Below, piece by piece: positions 1 through 12,553 of a stretch of 63,858 nucleotides of DNA. This DNA comes from Sphaerodactylus townsendi (taxonomy: Eukaryota): NCBI RefSeq assembly GCF_021028975.2, contig NC_059433.1:51026143-51090000 (forward strand), in the 5' to 3' direction. The position numbers and the translations under genes were made by a program. Numbering within the stretch: the first letter of the stretch is position 1; every line of letters begins with the position of its first letter. Under the pieces are notes generated by a model. It was not told the origin of the DNA and ran no database searches. It saw only the letters and a program-made list of their open reading frames with translations.

Positions 1-190
1 TTACCCAAACCAGATGGCATTTCAATATACAATCAATATTCCAAACCTAAACAAAATTATACCTGGCATTCAGGAATGGCTAGAAGCCTTCTGACCTGAC
101 ACTTATTCTAATGCCTCATTAGGTTTTCTTTTTTGGACAGTGGGAGGCAGGAAGAGCAGCAAGGGGAGCTATTCAGCACAGGTGGGAATG

Positions 191-3100
191 ATAGATGAGA
201 AGGTGGTGTAATGGATGAGAAGGTGGTGTAATGGATGAGAAGGTGGTGTAAGGCAGAGGGTTTCAGATTTGTCAGGAACTGGGGAACCTTTTGGGACAAG
301 GTAGGCCTGTACAAACGGGACGGGCTTCATCTTAACCAAAGAGGAACCAGGCTGCTGGCGCTCAACATTAAAAAGGTGGCAGAACAGCTTTTAAACTGAT
401 CACTGGGGGAAAGCCGACAGGAGCTGAGGTGACTTCGGTTCGGAATACAGTATATATGGGGATGCAGACAGAGAGGGAGGTTTTTCTAAATCAACCACAT
501 ACAAGCGAGGAACATAGCAATGTGCATGTGACAAGGGATAGTGTCTACAAAGAGACTTGAGGGGTAAAGCACATAAGTCCCAGGTTGGGACAGAGACAGG
601 GTATACAGGTGTCTCTATGCTAATAGTAGAAGCATTCGACCTAAAATGGGGGAGCTAGAATACAGAGTTTTGAAGGAGGACTTTGATATAGTGGGCATTA
701 CAGAGACATGGTGGAATGAGGAGAACCAGTGGGATGCTGTTATACCAGGCTACAGGCTCTATAGGAAGGATAGGACAGGGGAGCACATTGGGGGTGGAGT
801 TACCCTTTACATCAAAGAGAGCATAGGTATCACATAAAATAGACAATGCAAGGGGAGCTGGTTCCCCCTACAGAATCACTGTGGATATCAATACCAGGTG
901 TGAAGGACAGTTTAATATTAGGAATATATTATCGTCCCCCTGACCAAAAGTGCACAAAGAGGATTCACAGGATGGAAAAAAAAGAAATTAGAGAGGCCAA
1001 CAAAAACAAAAATGCTTGGTGGTAATGGGTGATTTTAACTATCCCCATATAGAAACTGGAAAAATGCATGTTCAGGTCATAGTAAGGAGAGAGCATTCCT
1101 GGATATACTAAATGACTGTAACTTAGAGCAGATGGTTGTGAGACCAACCAGGGGAGAGGAGTGATCCTAGATCTAATTCTATGTGGGACCCAGGACCTGG
1201 TGCAGGAAGTCCCAGTGTTGTTGGGCAGAGTAGGGAGCAAACCACAATGCTGTCAGATTCAGGTATCTCAGCATGCAGACAAGTGGCAACTACTAATGTA
1301 GTTACATTAAGCCTTCAGAAAGGGAAATTTCTCAAAGATGAGAGTTAATGTGCGCAGAGAGCTGAAAAGGAAAATCAAGAGAGTCAAAACTATCCAGGAT
1401 GCTTGGAGGTTATTTAAAAAAACACAGTAATAAAAACTCAGCTGGAATGTGTTCCCACAGGTTAGAAAAAGGCAGCACCCAGTCCAAAAGAAAGCCACCA
1501 TGGTTAACAAAGAGAGGTTGAGGAAATTATCAGAAAAAAGAAAATGTCTTTTAAGAAAATGGAAGTCCAGTTTGTCTGATGAATAATATGAGAGGGAACA
1601 CAAATGGTGGCAAAAAAGAGAAGCAAGTTAGCTAGCAAGGGGAGGCAAAAAAAAGGATTATGAGGAACGCATGGCTATAGGCAACAAGACCAACAACAAA
1701 CAGTTCTTCAAGTACATCAAAAGCAGGAAGCCAGCAAGAGAAGCCCCGGTAGGCCTGTTAGATGACAAAAGGAACAAAGGGTGTGCTAAAAGATGGCAGG
1801 GAGATTGCAGAGAAGCTAAATGAATTCTTTGCATCTGTGTCTTCATAAGAGGAGGTGAGGAACATTCCTGCACCTGAACCAAAGCTTCTTGGGAGGCGAA
1901 TCCGAGGGAACTAGCAGAGATAGTGGTAGACAAGGAAGAGAAGTTCTGGCTTCCATTGATAAACTAAATGTGCAAATCCCCTGGCCCAGATTGCATTCAC
2001 CCAAGAGTGCTTAAAGAGCTCAAGCATGAAATTGCTGATCTTCTCACTTTAATATGCAACTTATCCCTGAAATCAGGCTCCATCCCTGAAGACTGGAAGA
2101 TGGCCAATGTCACACCAATCTTTAAAAAGAAAGGGATCTAGGGGGGGGACCCGGAAATTACAGGCCAGTCAGTTTGACATCTGTTCCTGGTAAATTAGTA
2201 GAATCTATCATTAAAGAATAAAATTATAAAACATGTAGAAAAGAAACAAGACCTGCTTGAGAAAGAGTCAGCATGGCTTTTTTGCAGAGGCAAATCCTGT
2301 CTTACAAACTTACTAGAGGTTCCTTTGAGGGGTGTAAACAGGCATGTGGACAGGGGAATTGAGACCGGTGGACATTAAGTCTACTTGGATTTCCAAAAGG
2401 CTTTTGACAAAGTTCCTCACCAGAGACTGTTGAAAAGGAAAAACTCAGCAATGAAGGGAATAAGAGGGGAAGTCCTCCCTATGGATTAAAAAACTGGTTG
2501 AGAAACAGGAAACAAAGAGTGGGTGTAAATGGGAAGTTCTCACAATGGAGAGATGCCGGGAGTGGGTGTCCCCCAAGGATCCGTTTTGGGACCAGTGCTC
2601 TTTAACCTATTCATAAATGAACTGGAGAGTAGGGGTGGAGTAAGCGTGGTGGCCAAGTTTGCAGATGCATACCAAATTATGTAAGGGTGGTGAGAACTCA
2701 CAAAGGGGATTATGGCGAAAGAGCTCCAAGCCGGACCTTGATAAATTAGATGAGTGGAGCTCAGAAATGGCAAAATGCAGTTCAATGTAAGCAAAATGTA
2801 AAGAGTAGTGATGCACATAGGGGCAAAAATCCAAACTTCACATACAACGCTTACAGGGGTCAGTGCTATCAGTCACAGACCAGGAAAGGGATTTAGGCAT
2901 CTGTAGTTGAAGTAGTTCCATGGGAATGTCAACTCAATGCATAACGCCAGCTGTGAAAAAAGGCAAACTCTATGCTGGGGATCATTAGAAAGGAAATTGA
3001 TAATAAAACTGCAAAGATTGTCATGCCCTCTTATATAAAGCAGTGGTCGCGAATCCGCACTTGGAGTACTTGTGTCCAGTTCTGGGTAAGCGCATCTCAA

Positions 3101-3732
3101 AAAGGATATTGAGGGAGATAGAAAAAGTGCAGAGAAGGGCAACTTAAAAGGGATGATTATTGAGGGACTGGAGCACCTTCCCTATGAGGAGAGGCTGCAG
3201 TGTTTGGGACTCTTTAGTGTGGAGAGGAGGTGACTGGGGGGGGGATATGATTGAAGTCTACAAAATTATGCATGGGGTAGAAAAAATGTTGACAGAGAGA
3301 AATTTTTCTCTCTTTCTCTCACAATACTAAGAACCAGGGGGGCATCTTGCATTGAAAATGCTGGGGGGAAGAATTAGGACTAATAAAAGGAAACACTTCT
3401 TCACTTAGCGTGCTTGATTGAGGGTGTTTGGAATATGCTGCCACAGGAGGTGGTGATGGCCACAAACCTTTATAGCTTTAAAAGGAGCTTGGACAGATTT
3501 ATGGAGGAGAAGTCGATTTATGGCTACCAATCTTGATCCTCTTTGATCTGAGATTGCAAATGCCTTAACAGACCAGGTGATCTGGAGCAACAGCCGCAGA
3601 AGGCCATTGCGTTCACATCCTACATGTGAGCTACCAAAGGCACCTGGTGGGCCACTGCGAGTAGCAGAGAGCTGGACTAGATGGACTTTGGTCTGATCCA
3701 GCTGGCTTGTTCTTATGTTCTTATGTTCTTAT
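191..3732 (+). mobile_element. CR1 LINE, 5'-truncated within ORF1, with full-length but frameshifted ORF2 (APE endonuclease + RT)
   Basis: ORF1 esterase C-terminus (GFRFVRNWGTFWDKVGLYKRDGLHLNQRG...LLN*, ending near 398). ORF2 endonuclease motifs (CLYANSRS, DIVGITETWW, GYRLYRKDR, YYRPP, GDFNYP) and RT motifs (YRPVSLTS, LDFQKAFDKVPH, VPQGSVLGPVLF, KFAD). The 3' end is a (TTCTTATG)n repeat at about 3710-3732, typical of CR1. Confidence 0.95.
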
Positions 3733-3785
3733 AGAGACTTTACCACTAGAGATGCTCTTTATTATCAAATAGGATGATCCCAACT

Positions 3786-4165
3786 GAAGAAGAAGGGTTG
3801 ATTTTTATGCCTCACTTTCCCCCTCTACCTTTAAAGAGTCTCAAAAGAGTCTCAAAAGAGTCTCAAAATCACCTTCCCTTCCCCTCCCTACCACAGGCAC
3901 CTTATGAGGTAGATGGGACTGACAGATTTCTGAAAGAACTGTGGCTAGTCCAAGGAAGATTCTGAATGGGCCAAAAATAGTGGTGCGGAAATGGTGTAAA
4001 ATGATTTAAAATGGTGTAAAAGGGTTTAAACCTTTTTCACACCTTTTTCACACTGCTGTTTTTGGCCCATGTGGAATCCCCCCAAGGCTATTCAGCAGGC
4101 TTCATGTATAAGAGTGGGGAATCAAATCCAATTCTCCAGATTAGAGTCAGCTGCTCATTTATATG
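3786..4165 (-). mobile_element. tRNA-derived CORE-type SINE (Squam3-like), interrupted by a MITE
   Basis: Similar to the SINE at 23569-23869 (ccttatgaggtag core, ggaatcaaatcc B-box complement, CTT-rich tail). Confidence 0.7.
3954..4082. mobile_element. Palindromic PIF/Harbinger-like MITE
   Basis: TIRs GGAAGATTCTGAATGGGCCAAAAA / GGGGGATTCCACATGGGCCAAAAA; 3-bp TSD CAA on both sides (3951-3953, 4083-4085). Confidence 0.75.
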
Positions 4166-4189
4166 CAACACAGATTTAGACTGAAACCT

Positions 4190-4441
4190 TTCCCCCATGC
4201 CATAGAGTTGCCACTTTGTGCCCCCCCCCCCCAACTACTCATCAATGCATCTGTGAAAATCACCACATTATGAGGGAACATACTTAGATCTTCCATTTTG
4301 GCTTTGGTTTCTAGGGATAGTGTAGAAGCCCTCAACCATGCATGATGTCTTAAGACCACTCCTCACCACCAGCCTTTTTGGTTCTTGACAACAGCATGGA
4401 GGGGAGATACGAAATAACTTCATTCTTCATGCCATGGTCTC
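4190..4441 (-). mobile_element. Degraded DIRS-like retroelement RNase H fragment (target of the hAT insertion)
   Basis: The minus-strand ORF contains VVIFTDALMSSWGGGAQ...AWGK, resembling the DIRS RNase H motif TDASxxGWGA. Confidence 0.45.
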
Positions 4442-5366
4442 CAGGGGCGTACCTAGGCAAACTGGCGCCCAGGGACAAAACCTGAGTTTGGCGCACCCCC
4501 CGCCTGGCGTATGGGTGCCCCCCCCCCCACCATGACCATGACAATGATTTTTTGTACCAGCTCACAAAACACCTCCCACTCCCAGCAAAACATACATGGC
4601 TCTCTCCCCACCAACTCTTTTCCTAATTTCCTAATCACAACAACCCTATGAGGTAGGTTGTTAGCCTGAGCAACAACTCCAAGCCATTTCTGAGGCACGC
4701 TGCACATTTTTGGGGCCCATAAAATTGAACCCCCAGAAGCAAAGGTCTCCAAACCTGGATGATATTACCAGGAGGCCCTCCTGGAGCCACCCTGAAAGTC
4801 TGGTGCCTCTATCTTCAAAAATGTGCAGCCTGCCTACACACTCAGAAATTCCCCATTGGCTACAATGGAGCAAAATCACTGCAAAACAAAGAATCTTGGG
4901 CACATTTCTTGGGGTGCCTGGAAGGGGTGTATTTTTAAAGCTAGTGACACCAAAATTTCAGGATATCATCTGTTAACTATTCTTATGATGCCACCCAAGT
5001 TTGGTGAAGTTATGTTCAGGGGGACCAAAGTTATGGTCCCTCAAATGGGTAGCCCCCATCTCCTGTTAGCTCCCATTGAAAACAATGGGAATGGGGGCAC
5101 CCCCTTTGGGGGTCCATAACTTTGCTGCCCCTGAACCAAACATCACCAAATTTGGATGGTATTATCAGGACAGTCTCTGGATGGTACCCTGAAATTTTGG
5201 TGTTGCTAGCCTTAAAAATGCGCCCCCTGCAGGCCGGAACGTGAAAAAACACTTTAAAACTTTAAAAACACACAAACAACCCTGAAATGTTGGCGCCCCC
5301 CCACGTGACTAAATGGGGGCGCCTGGGGACATAGGGTACCCCTGTCCCTAGGCAGGAACGCCACTG
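4442..5366. mobile_element. Non-autonomous hAT-type element (family A, 925 bp)
   Basis: TIRs CAGGGGCGTACCT / CAGTGGCGTTCCT; perfect 8-bp TSD ATGGTCTC (4434-4441, 5367-5374); internal long hairpin at about 4948-5202. Confidence 0.92.
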
Positions 5367-5807
5367 ATGGTCTCCATCAAGACCTGGGGGGCATGGCACT
5401 TTAAAAAGTTAAAATCTAAGCTCTATAATGACACCACATAACCATAATAGACTCAGGGATTTAGTATTGCCTAATTTTGCCCTAAAGTAAATGGCGCATC
5501 CTGAATCTTAAACTTTTGAATATGACAGCTTGGAATAAGTTTCAATTCATTATTTGGTAAAGAGAAAGGGAAAATAATTCTCCTTCCCCAATGGCTATCA
5601 CAAATGCCTTAGCTATTTTAAACAGCCAGGTAAATAATTTGCCTGTTAGATATTATCATTATCATTACAACTTCTAATATGAATGTCCAGTTCCACAAAG
5701 GACAAAGTAGTATGTATATACTGTCTAGAAAAAAATCTAACAGTTTACCAGTATATCAGATAATTGTGCCCCCCCCCCCCCCCCCACTTCTATTGGTATT
5801 TTCATAC

Positions 5808-6002
5808 CTTTTTGAACAGCTATGGGAAGCTGTTGGAGCCTCCAAAGGGACAGGTAATCAGAATTTAAACGTAGCTTTTTCCTGCGGCGTATTTCAACCT
5901 CCAAAGCTTCTTCAGCAGCTTTACGTTCATGTTCTAGTCTTGTAACTAACTCTGTGGCCTCTGCCAGAACATCGGTTGTTTTCTGCTTTAAAGGCTGTAT
6001 AT
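5808..6002 (-). CDS. CCDC178: CCDC178 coding exon (195 nt)
   Basis: AG/GT bounded. Translates (D)IQPLKQKTTDVLAEATELVTRLEHERKAAEEALEVEIRRRKKLRLNSDYLSLWRLQQLPIAVQK(E), resembling recalled mammalian CCDC178 (LLSEAIRLIKSLETDRADAEEAL...WKLQELPLAVQKE). Phase matches exon 12462-12553. Confidence 0.92.
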
Positions 6003-6654
6003 CTTTAAAAATAAAAAAATGTTTAAAATGTACTACAGCATTTTAGGTCTATTTTGTTGCTTTATTGTCTGTTGCTATCGTGTTATATTGGTAAAATGCC
6101 TTCGGTTTTTTCTTGAAAGGAACGGTGGGGCATAAATATTTTAAACCAAATAAATAAACATCTCTAAATTTCAGCTCTGCTTTCAACATGGTACCATGTC
6201 ACACATACTGCCCCAGAACTTTGTACATTAAAGTACAGAAACTATACACAAATCAACGTTTTATTGCAATAGAGATTCTGCATTCACTGACTTATTGCAA
6301 AATGAACAAAAACACATTTAATTAAATGGTTGCCAAAACTCCCTCAATTTTGCTAATTACTGAGATCACTTCAGCTGTTCATACATTCATGAAAAAAACA
6401 TGAATAAGTTAGACCACTGGTCTACTGAGATCAGTACTGTCTTCTCTGATTGGACCCAATGCTTCAAAGCCTTTTACACTATCTCTTACCTGATTCTTTT
6501 AACTGGAGACTGAATTTAAGATCTTCTGCATGTAAAACAGATGTTCTATCAATGATTGATGGCCTCCCTATAGTTTAATCTGACTCAATTTGAAACATTT
6601 TTGCTGTACAAGGCCAAGAGCTCACATTTGAACATGAGTTGTTTCTGCCACAAT

Positions 6655-6822
6655 NNNNNNNNNNNNNNNNNNNNNNNNNNNNNNNNNNNNNNNNNNNNNN
6701 NNNNNNNNNNNNNNNNNNNNNNNNNNNNNNNNNNNNNNNNNNNNNNNNNNNNNNNNNNNNNNNNNNNNNNNNNNNNNNNNNNNNNNNNNNNNNNNNNNNN
6801 NNNNNNNNNNNNNNNNNNNNNN
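6655..6822. other. Assembly gap (168 N)
   Basis: Run of N. Confidence 1.
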
Positions 6823-7017
6823 CCGAAGGGCTCATTTAAATCCATCCACTTTGCTAAAACACCCACAGAAATTCTTGAGCAAAATTTGAGATGTGAATCA
6901 AGGTGTAGGGAAATGCAAGACAATGTAAGGTATTTCTTAGAGTAAGCCCCAAAAGCACTTTCTTAGCATAAGCCCCAATGAATTAAATGGAACTTAATTA
7001 TAAACAGACCTGCTTAG

Positions 7018-7152
7018 TCGAAGGCTTTCACGGGTTAGACTGTGGCTGGCATCTTCAGAGGATCTGAAGATGCCAGCCACAGATGCAGGCGAAACGTCAG
7101 GAGAGAATGCTGCTAGAACACGGCCATACAGCCCGGAAACCAGACAGCACCC
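7018..7152. mobile_element. Penelope-like element terminal fragment with inverted ends and hammerhead ribozyme core
   Basis: 13-bp TSD CAGACCTGCTTAG (7005-7017, 7153-7165); 20-bp inverted arms (7040-7059, 7063-7082); CTGAAGA (7064-7070), stem, GAAAC-GTC (7091-7098). Confidence 0.8.
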
Positions 7153-7325
7153 CAGACCTGCTTAGGTTTGTTCCGTAACTAATTTCCTACATGAAATCAA
7201 TTTTTTCCACAAGTACCATCTTGAGGAAAAACAGAAAAAAACAGAAAGATAGGAAGTACCCTTCACTTGAATCATTTCCAGTTAGACATCAATGTTACTG
7301 AGACTCTGAGAATTTTAGTTATGGA

Positions 7326-7761
7326 CAAGGATGTAGGTAAGGGGGGGGTTCCTGGGTTCAACCCCCCTATTACATGTCTGAAGCTCTGCCCCCCCCCATC
7401 TGGGAACCCAGCCAGCAGCCAGCCGTTCTTCCCTCCCCTTTGGGGAGAAAAGACTGCTGTCCCCAGCCTCAGAGAGCTGTTTTTATAAGCACTGAGGCCG
7501 GGGAGTGGGGCTTGGGAGGCATGGCTGGGGTGTGGGGTTGGGGAGCCTTTTCTCCCCATTGGGGAGAGAAGAAGGGACTGCTGGCTGCCGGCTGGGCTCC
7601 CAGCCGGTGGGGGGGCAGGAAGCAGGTCGGGGGCAGGGGCGGGGAGCAGGGCGGGGGAGATAGCCAACCCCGGCCTTGAAGCCCTGAGGCTGGGGGCGGA
7701 GCTTGGGGAGGCATGGCCATGCCCAAACCCACCCCATAAAAAATCTATAGCTACCTCACTG
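7326..7761. mobile_element. Non-autonomous hAT-type element (family B, short copy)
   Basis: Termini CAAGGATGTAGGTA / CAGTGAGGTAGCTA; 8-bp TSD GTTATGGA / GTTGTGGA; same ends as 11292-12265 in reverse orientation. Confidence 0.85.
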
Positions 7762-7799
7762 GTTGTGGATAATGATTAATGAATCCTTTATAGAGTCTG

Positions 7800-9780
7800 T
7801 TTGATAAGAAATCTGGAAAACAAACCACTATAATTGAAATGGTTCAGCTGAAACTTCCTTGGGATGGACCATCCAACATAAGGATACAGCACATTATTTC
7901 TAAAGTGGGGAAAAAAATCACAAGCAGAGTTCAACTTCACAGAAGCCAGGGACAAATCACTTTTGCCAGATCTTCTGATAGAAGAAATGAGTATTGTTGA
8001 TCTTTAGTGGATAATTTTTTGGAGCTGTTCCCCTTCCAAAAGTGGCACTTTTGATCAAATTGTCCAGAACATTAGCACAGACTTATCACTGCAGCAAAGG
8101 ACCCTTTCCTTGCTGATCCCCTCACTTGGGGAAGTACAGTCCTTTTCTCTGCCAACAACTGAAGAAGCTATATTAGCTAAGGCTGATATTGCCAAAAAGT
8201 TGTAATGTGTGCACACATTATTCTCCTAGAATAGTAGTAAAATAAAAGTTTCACCCACTACAGTATTCCCACAATGGTTTAAAAGAGGGGCCGCTAATAT
8301 CAACCGCTACACAATACTTGCCCATATTTGGTCATTGACTGTAAATAAAGTCTTTTTCTTCTTCAGTACTTGCCCATCTGATTGAAAAATATATCAAACC
8401 ACTTGGCAGAAAATTTTATGAGGCTTTTAATAATCTAAAAAGGGCTTTTGTTAGTATTCCCCACACCAGACTGTGGGAACAATTAGCGAAGACCTCTATG
8501 GATCTTTGACTCCTCTGGTTAATATAAAACTATATTCAAATAATACTGCACAGGTGATATGTGGAGAAAATGGCCAACTGATCAAAGTAATCAAAATAAA
8601 CAGCTGTGTGTCAAGGTGGCCTTTTGGCTCCCTACCGCTTTGACTTTTATCTAAATAAGATTGATAGTTCTCTTTCAGGCAAACTATTCCATCCTCCACA
8701 GCTATCTTGCAGACCTATCTCAAATTTGTTTTATTCAGAGGACACCATCCTGCTATCTCGATCTCAAATTGGGCTAAGGCGATTGATGAGTGCTTTTGCA
8801 CAGTACTGTTCTAGAGAGTTCTTAGGTATCAATTACCAAAAGACCAAAGTTATGATTTTCTTTAAAAGTGCTCCATCATGTCATTTACCTTGGTTTATAA
8901 ACAGCCAGTCAATTGAGCAGGTGAACACCTTTCACTACCTTGGTAGTATCTTTTCCCATAATCTGTCCTGGATAGGATAGATTACTGCTGCTAAAAGGTT
9001 AGCATCAATATACTCCTCAATCCTCCTGAGATTCTTTTGGACCGTGGGTGGTAACTATTTACCTGCTGCTATTGGTTCCTTTCAGGCAAAGGTAGCTCCT
9101 ATCCTATTATATGGAGCATCACTAACAATAGCCAAGATCAATGAAAAGTATGATTCATGTTTAAATTCCTTCCTACACTCACTTTCAAACATCTCTATGT
9201 GTATTTCTTGCCCAGCCATTCACTTGGAATTTGCTGAACCATCCCTGGAGGCCAAGGTATGGATAGCAACCTTTACTCTTAGATTAAAAATTTATCACTC
9301 GTCAGAGAGCTACTATCTGTACTATCAGGCCAAAAATGGCTTTCAAAGCTCGTGGCTGAAACTGGTGGATGACAGATTACAAAAACTGGGCCTTTCCCTG
9401 GAAACCCTTAATCAAATGGATCTCATGCAAACAAATCAAACTTAGTATCTTACAGTTTGATAAACAGAGCACCTGCTGCAGAGCACAAAAATTATGCTAC
9501 ATTATTTGGGTCTCTGAACTTTGAAGACTTTCCCCACATCCCTTTATCTAAACGGTTTTGTGACTGTAAATCAGGGATTTAGATACCGTCTGGCATTTCT
9601 TTATTGACTATAAGAAATACAACATGGCTCATGAAAAATGGATTAATAAATATATCCAGAAATTGAGCCCTGTTGCAAAACAGGAGCTCAGAGCTAAGTT
9701 ACTAGAGGATACTGATCCTAATGTGACTTTGGCAGTGCAAAATTTCTGTCTATGGCACTTAATGGCACTACCTCTTAAAT
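7800..9780 (+). mobile_element. Degraded non-LTR retrotransposon RT region (RTE/RTEX-like)
   Basis: Motifs LKRAFVSIPH, CQGGLLAP..FDFYLN, LFYSEDTILLS (decayed YADD), INYQKTKVMIF and IEQVNTFHYLG in ORFs 8606-8980 and 9044-9445 and adjacent frames. Boundaries approximate. Confidence 0.75.
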
Positions 9781-11291
9781 TTTAACTGATTAATTTTGCA
9801 TACTACAACTATGTAAGTTTTTACAAGACCCCTCAAAACTATAAGGGATCAGAAGTACTCCCACCCCTCAGTTCTAAAAAACGGACTGATTAGTTCAATG
9901 TCTGTACCCTCCTATTGCTGGGGAAATCCCTGGCATCAAAAAACAGTACACAGGAACAGCCCCAAGACAGTCAGAGTTCAAAGTCTGGGAGGCTAAGGAG
10001 AACCAAATGGTTTGCCACTTATGTGATATTTGGAATTAAAGGGAAGAGAGAGAAAGTTCACTACCCTATCCTTCAGTCCAGAACCTACTGTAAAGGCTGC
10101 AGAAGAATTATGAAAAGACCCAGTATTCAGGCCTCCCTAGTATCCCCTTGTTTGTCAAGGATCAGAGAGATAACAAACTTGAAATGGCCTAATACCAAAT
10201 ACCCAGAGTTCTCAAGACACAATATTGATCTTCGCAGCCTTCCTCCCACCAAACAAGTTCCATGAATCCAATGGATGAAGGGACCCTGAAGAGGCCTAGC
10301 ACAGTGTCACTGTAGTTTTCATGATGTGGTATAGTGGTTACATTTGAACTCTATGGCCCACTCCACATAGCAAAGGTATAGCAGGTTGCAGTTGGGATAA
10401 AGTAATCCTTTTCCTGTTTTCACGTTTCCATGCATCCGTGTAGGCTGCGATTAAAGCCATCGGAAAAACTGCGGGTTGCTGTTGCGCCTTCGCATGTAGG
10501 TGCATGTATTTTTTATTTACTTCCCATTGATGCACAGCTATGCAGGCATGCACAAATGAACCCCCACAGCCATGCTGATATCTCACAATACAACCTACAC
10601 AGATGTAAGCTGCGAAAAAAATTTTTAAGAAAGGAAAACAGAGGCAAATAAATTGCCTCCTGGCCAGCCATTCACTTGCAAGCGGCTGCAACCTGGGATT
10701 TTTTTAAAGACTCGCTAATAGTGCGATTCTCCAAAAAAACAGTTTGGGGAAAATAACATGGGGTGGCTCATTTTAGGGGAGGGATCTGTGTGGTGCCCCC
10801 CCCCCCAAAACAGTTTGTTACCGTTCCAAACCCATTTTTGTTGGTCTGTGTGGAGTGGGCCTGTCAGAGAAGCTTGCAGGGTGCCTTTGGCCAGTCAGCC
10901 TCACAAAGTAGTTGTGAGGATAAAATGGAAGAAAAAAGAATAATGGAAGCTGCTTTGGGTCTCCATGAGAAAGAAAGACAGGGCATAAATAAAGTAAATA
11001 AACAGAGACTTCTGCTTGAATCCTATTCACTAGACAAGGAACACATAATGTCCTAAGAGGAAAATAATAAATCCACCCTCTTTTATCTGCCTCTTCTCTC
11101 TCAGTGTACATTGCAGGTATTCCTTGTTTGTTTAATGATATTCCAGGTATCTGGAAATGTGTGGCTGTTTACCACCTTTACTGGCAAAGCAGGAGATGTA
11201 ACATTAGAAGGCTGAGAGGAAGAAGATAGACTGTATTTTGGGTACATACAATCTTTGACTTGTGTGAGGGACCAAGTAAGAGCTCTACAGA

Positions 11292-12265
11292 CAGTGAGAT
11301 AGGTATAGATTTTTTATGGGATAGGTTTGAGGGGAGGGGTCCTGCCCCCACCTGCCCGTGGGGGTGTGGCCACGCCTCCCCAAGCCATGCCCCCAGCCTC
11401 AGTGCTTATAAAAGCAGCTCCCCGAGGTTGGAGACAGCAGACTCCCCTGCCTCACCTGCCCGCCCCCCACTGGCTGGTCTCCCAGCCGTCAGCTGGCAGT
11501 CCCTTCTGCCCTCCCCTCCAGGCAGCAGCATAGCTAGGGAAAATGGAGCCCGATGCAGAATCTGAGTTTTGTGCCCCCCCCCCCCCCAATGGGCAGCCAC
11601 TGTGATGCTGGAATCCACCCCCAAACGGTATCATTTTCAATAGTGTTTAAACTAGGGAGCCCAGATTCTCCTTTTAAATCCACCTTAAAGGGAGAACCTG
11701 GGGTTCCCAGTTTAAAGAACATTGAAAGTGATGCTGTTTTGGGGTGGATTCTCCCCCACCCTGAAACAGCATCACTTTCAATGTTTAAACTGGGGACCTC
11801 AGATTCTCCCTTTAAATCCATGTCGAAGGGGGTGGATTTAAAAGGAGAATCTGGGGGAAATTTGGAGGGTGCCTGCTGTCAGGGGTGCAATTGTTAAGCT
11901 AGCAGAACCAAAATTTTAGGGTATCTTAGGAGATTCTCCTGATGATACACCCAGGTTTCATGAAGTTTGTTTCAGGTTATGGACCCTCAAAAGTGTCGCC
12001 CCCATCTTCTATCAGCTCCCATTGGAAACAATGGGGGATGGGGGCACCCCCTTTGAACCAAACGTCACCAAATCTGGGTGGTACCATCAGAAGAGTCTCC
12101 CAAAAATCCCTGAAATTTTGGTGCTGCTAGCCTAAAAACTGTTCCCCCTACAGGCCACAAAATGAAAAAACACTAAAAAATACAAAAAAGCTCACAAACG
12201 GGGCGGAGCTTCAGACATGTAATGGGGGGAGTTGAACCCGGGAACCCCCCTTACCTACGTCCTTG
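11292..12265. mobile_element. Non-autonomous hAT-type element (family B, 974 bp, composite)
   Basis: Termini CAGTGAGATAGGTA / CAAGGACGTAGGTA; perfect 8-bp TSD TCTACAGA (11284-11291, 12266-12273); multiple internal inverted repeats. Confidence 0.9.
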
Positions 12266-12461
12266 TCTACAGATATCAAAATTCCTCACTGTCTGATCCT
12301 AAGGAATTGTCCACAGTGCCCCATTCTTTCTTAAAGCCACATTTCCATTCACATTCCTCATTTGGTAATATTCTTCCTTGTACAACAACAGTAGATTTAA
12401 GTCAACTCAAAAAATTTTATCCCAGAAAATTCTGACAAAGGAAGTAAGTAAGTAATCATAC

Positions 12462-12553
12462 CTTTCCAATACATTGACTCTTCAGCCTTTAATTCAGGAG
12501 GGGCTGTTAGCCAGATATCTGTAGTTTCTTCAGTAATTTTCATATCTGAATAC
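12462..12553 (-). CDS. CCDC178: CCDC178 coding exon (92 nt)
   Basis: Pyrimidine tract and AG, GTATG donor; (W)YSDMKITEETTDIWLTAPPELKAEESMYWK(D); phase fits both neighbours. Confidence 0.85.

Noticed and set aside
6575-6945. ORFs spanning X residues
   Set aside because: Artefacts of the N gap.
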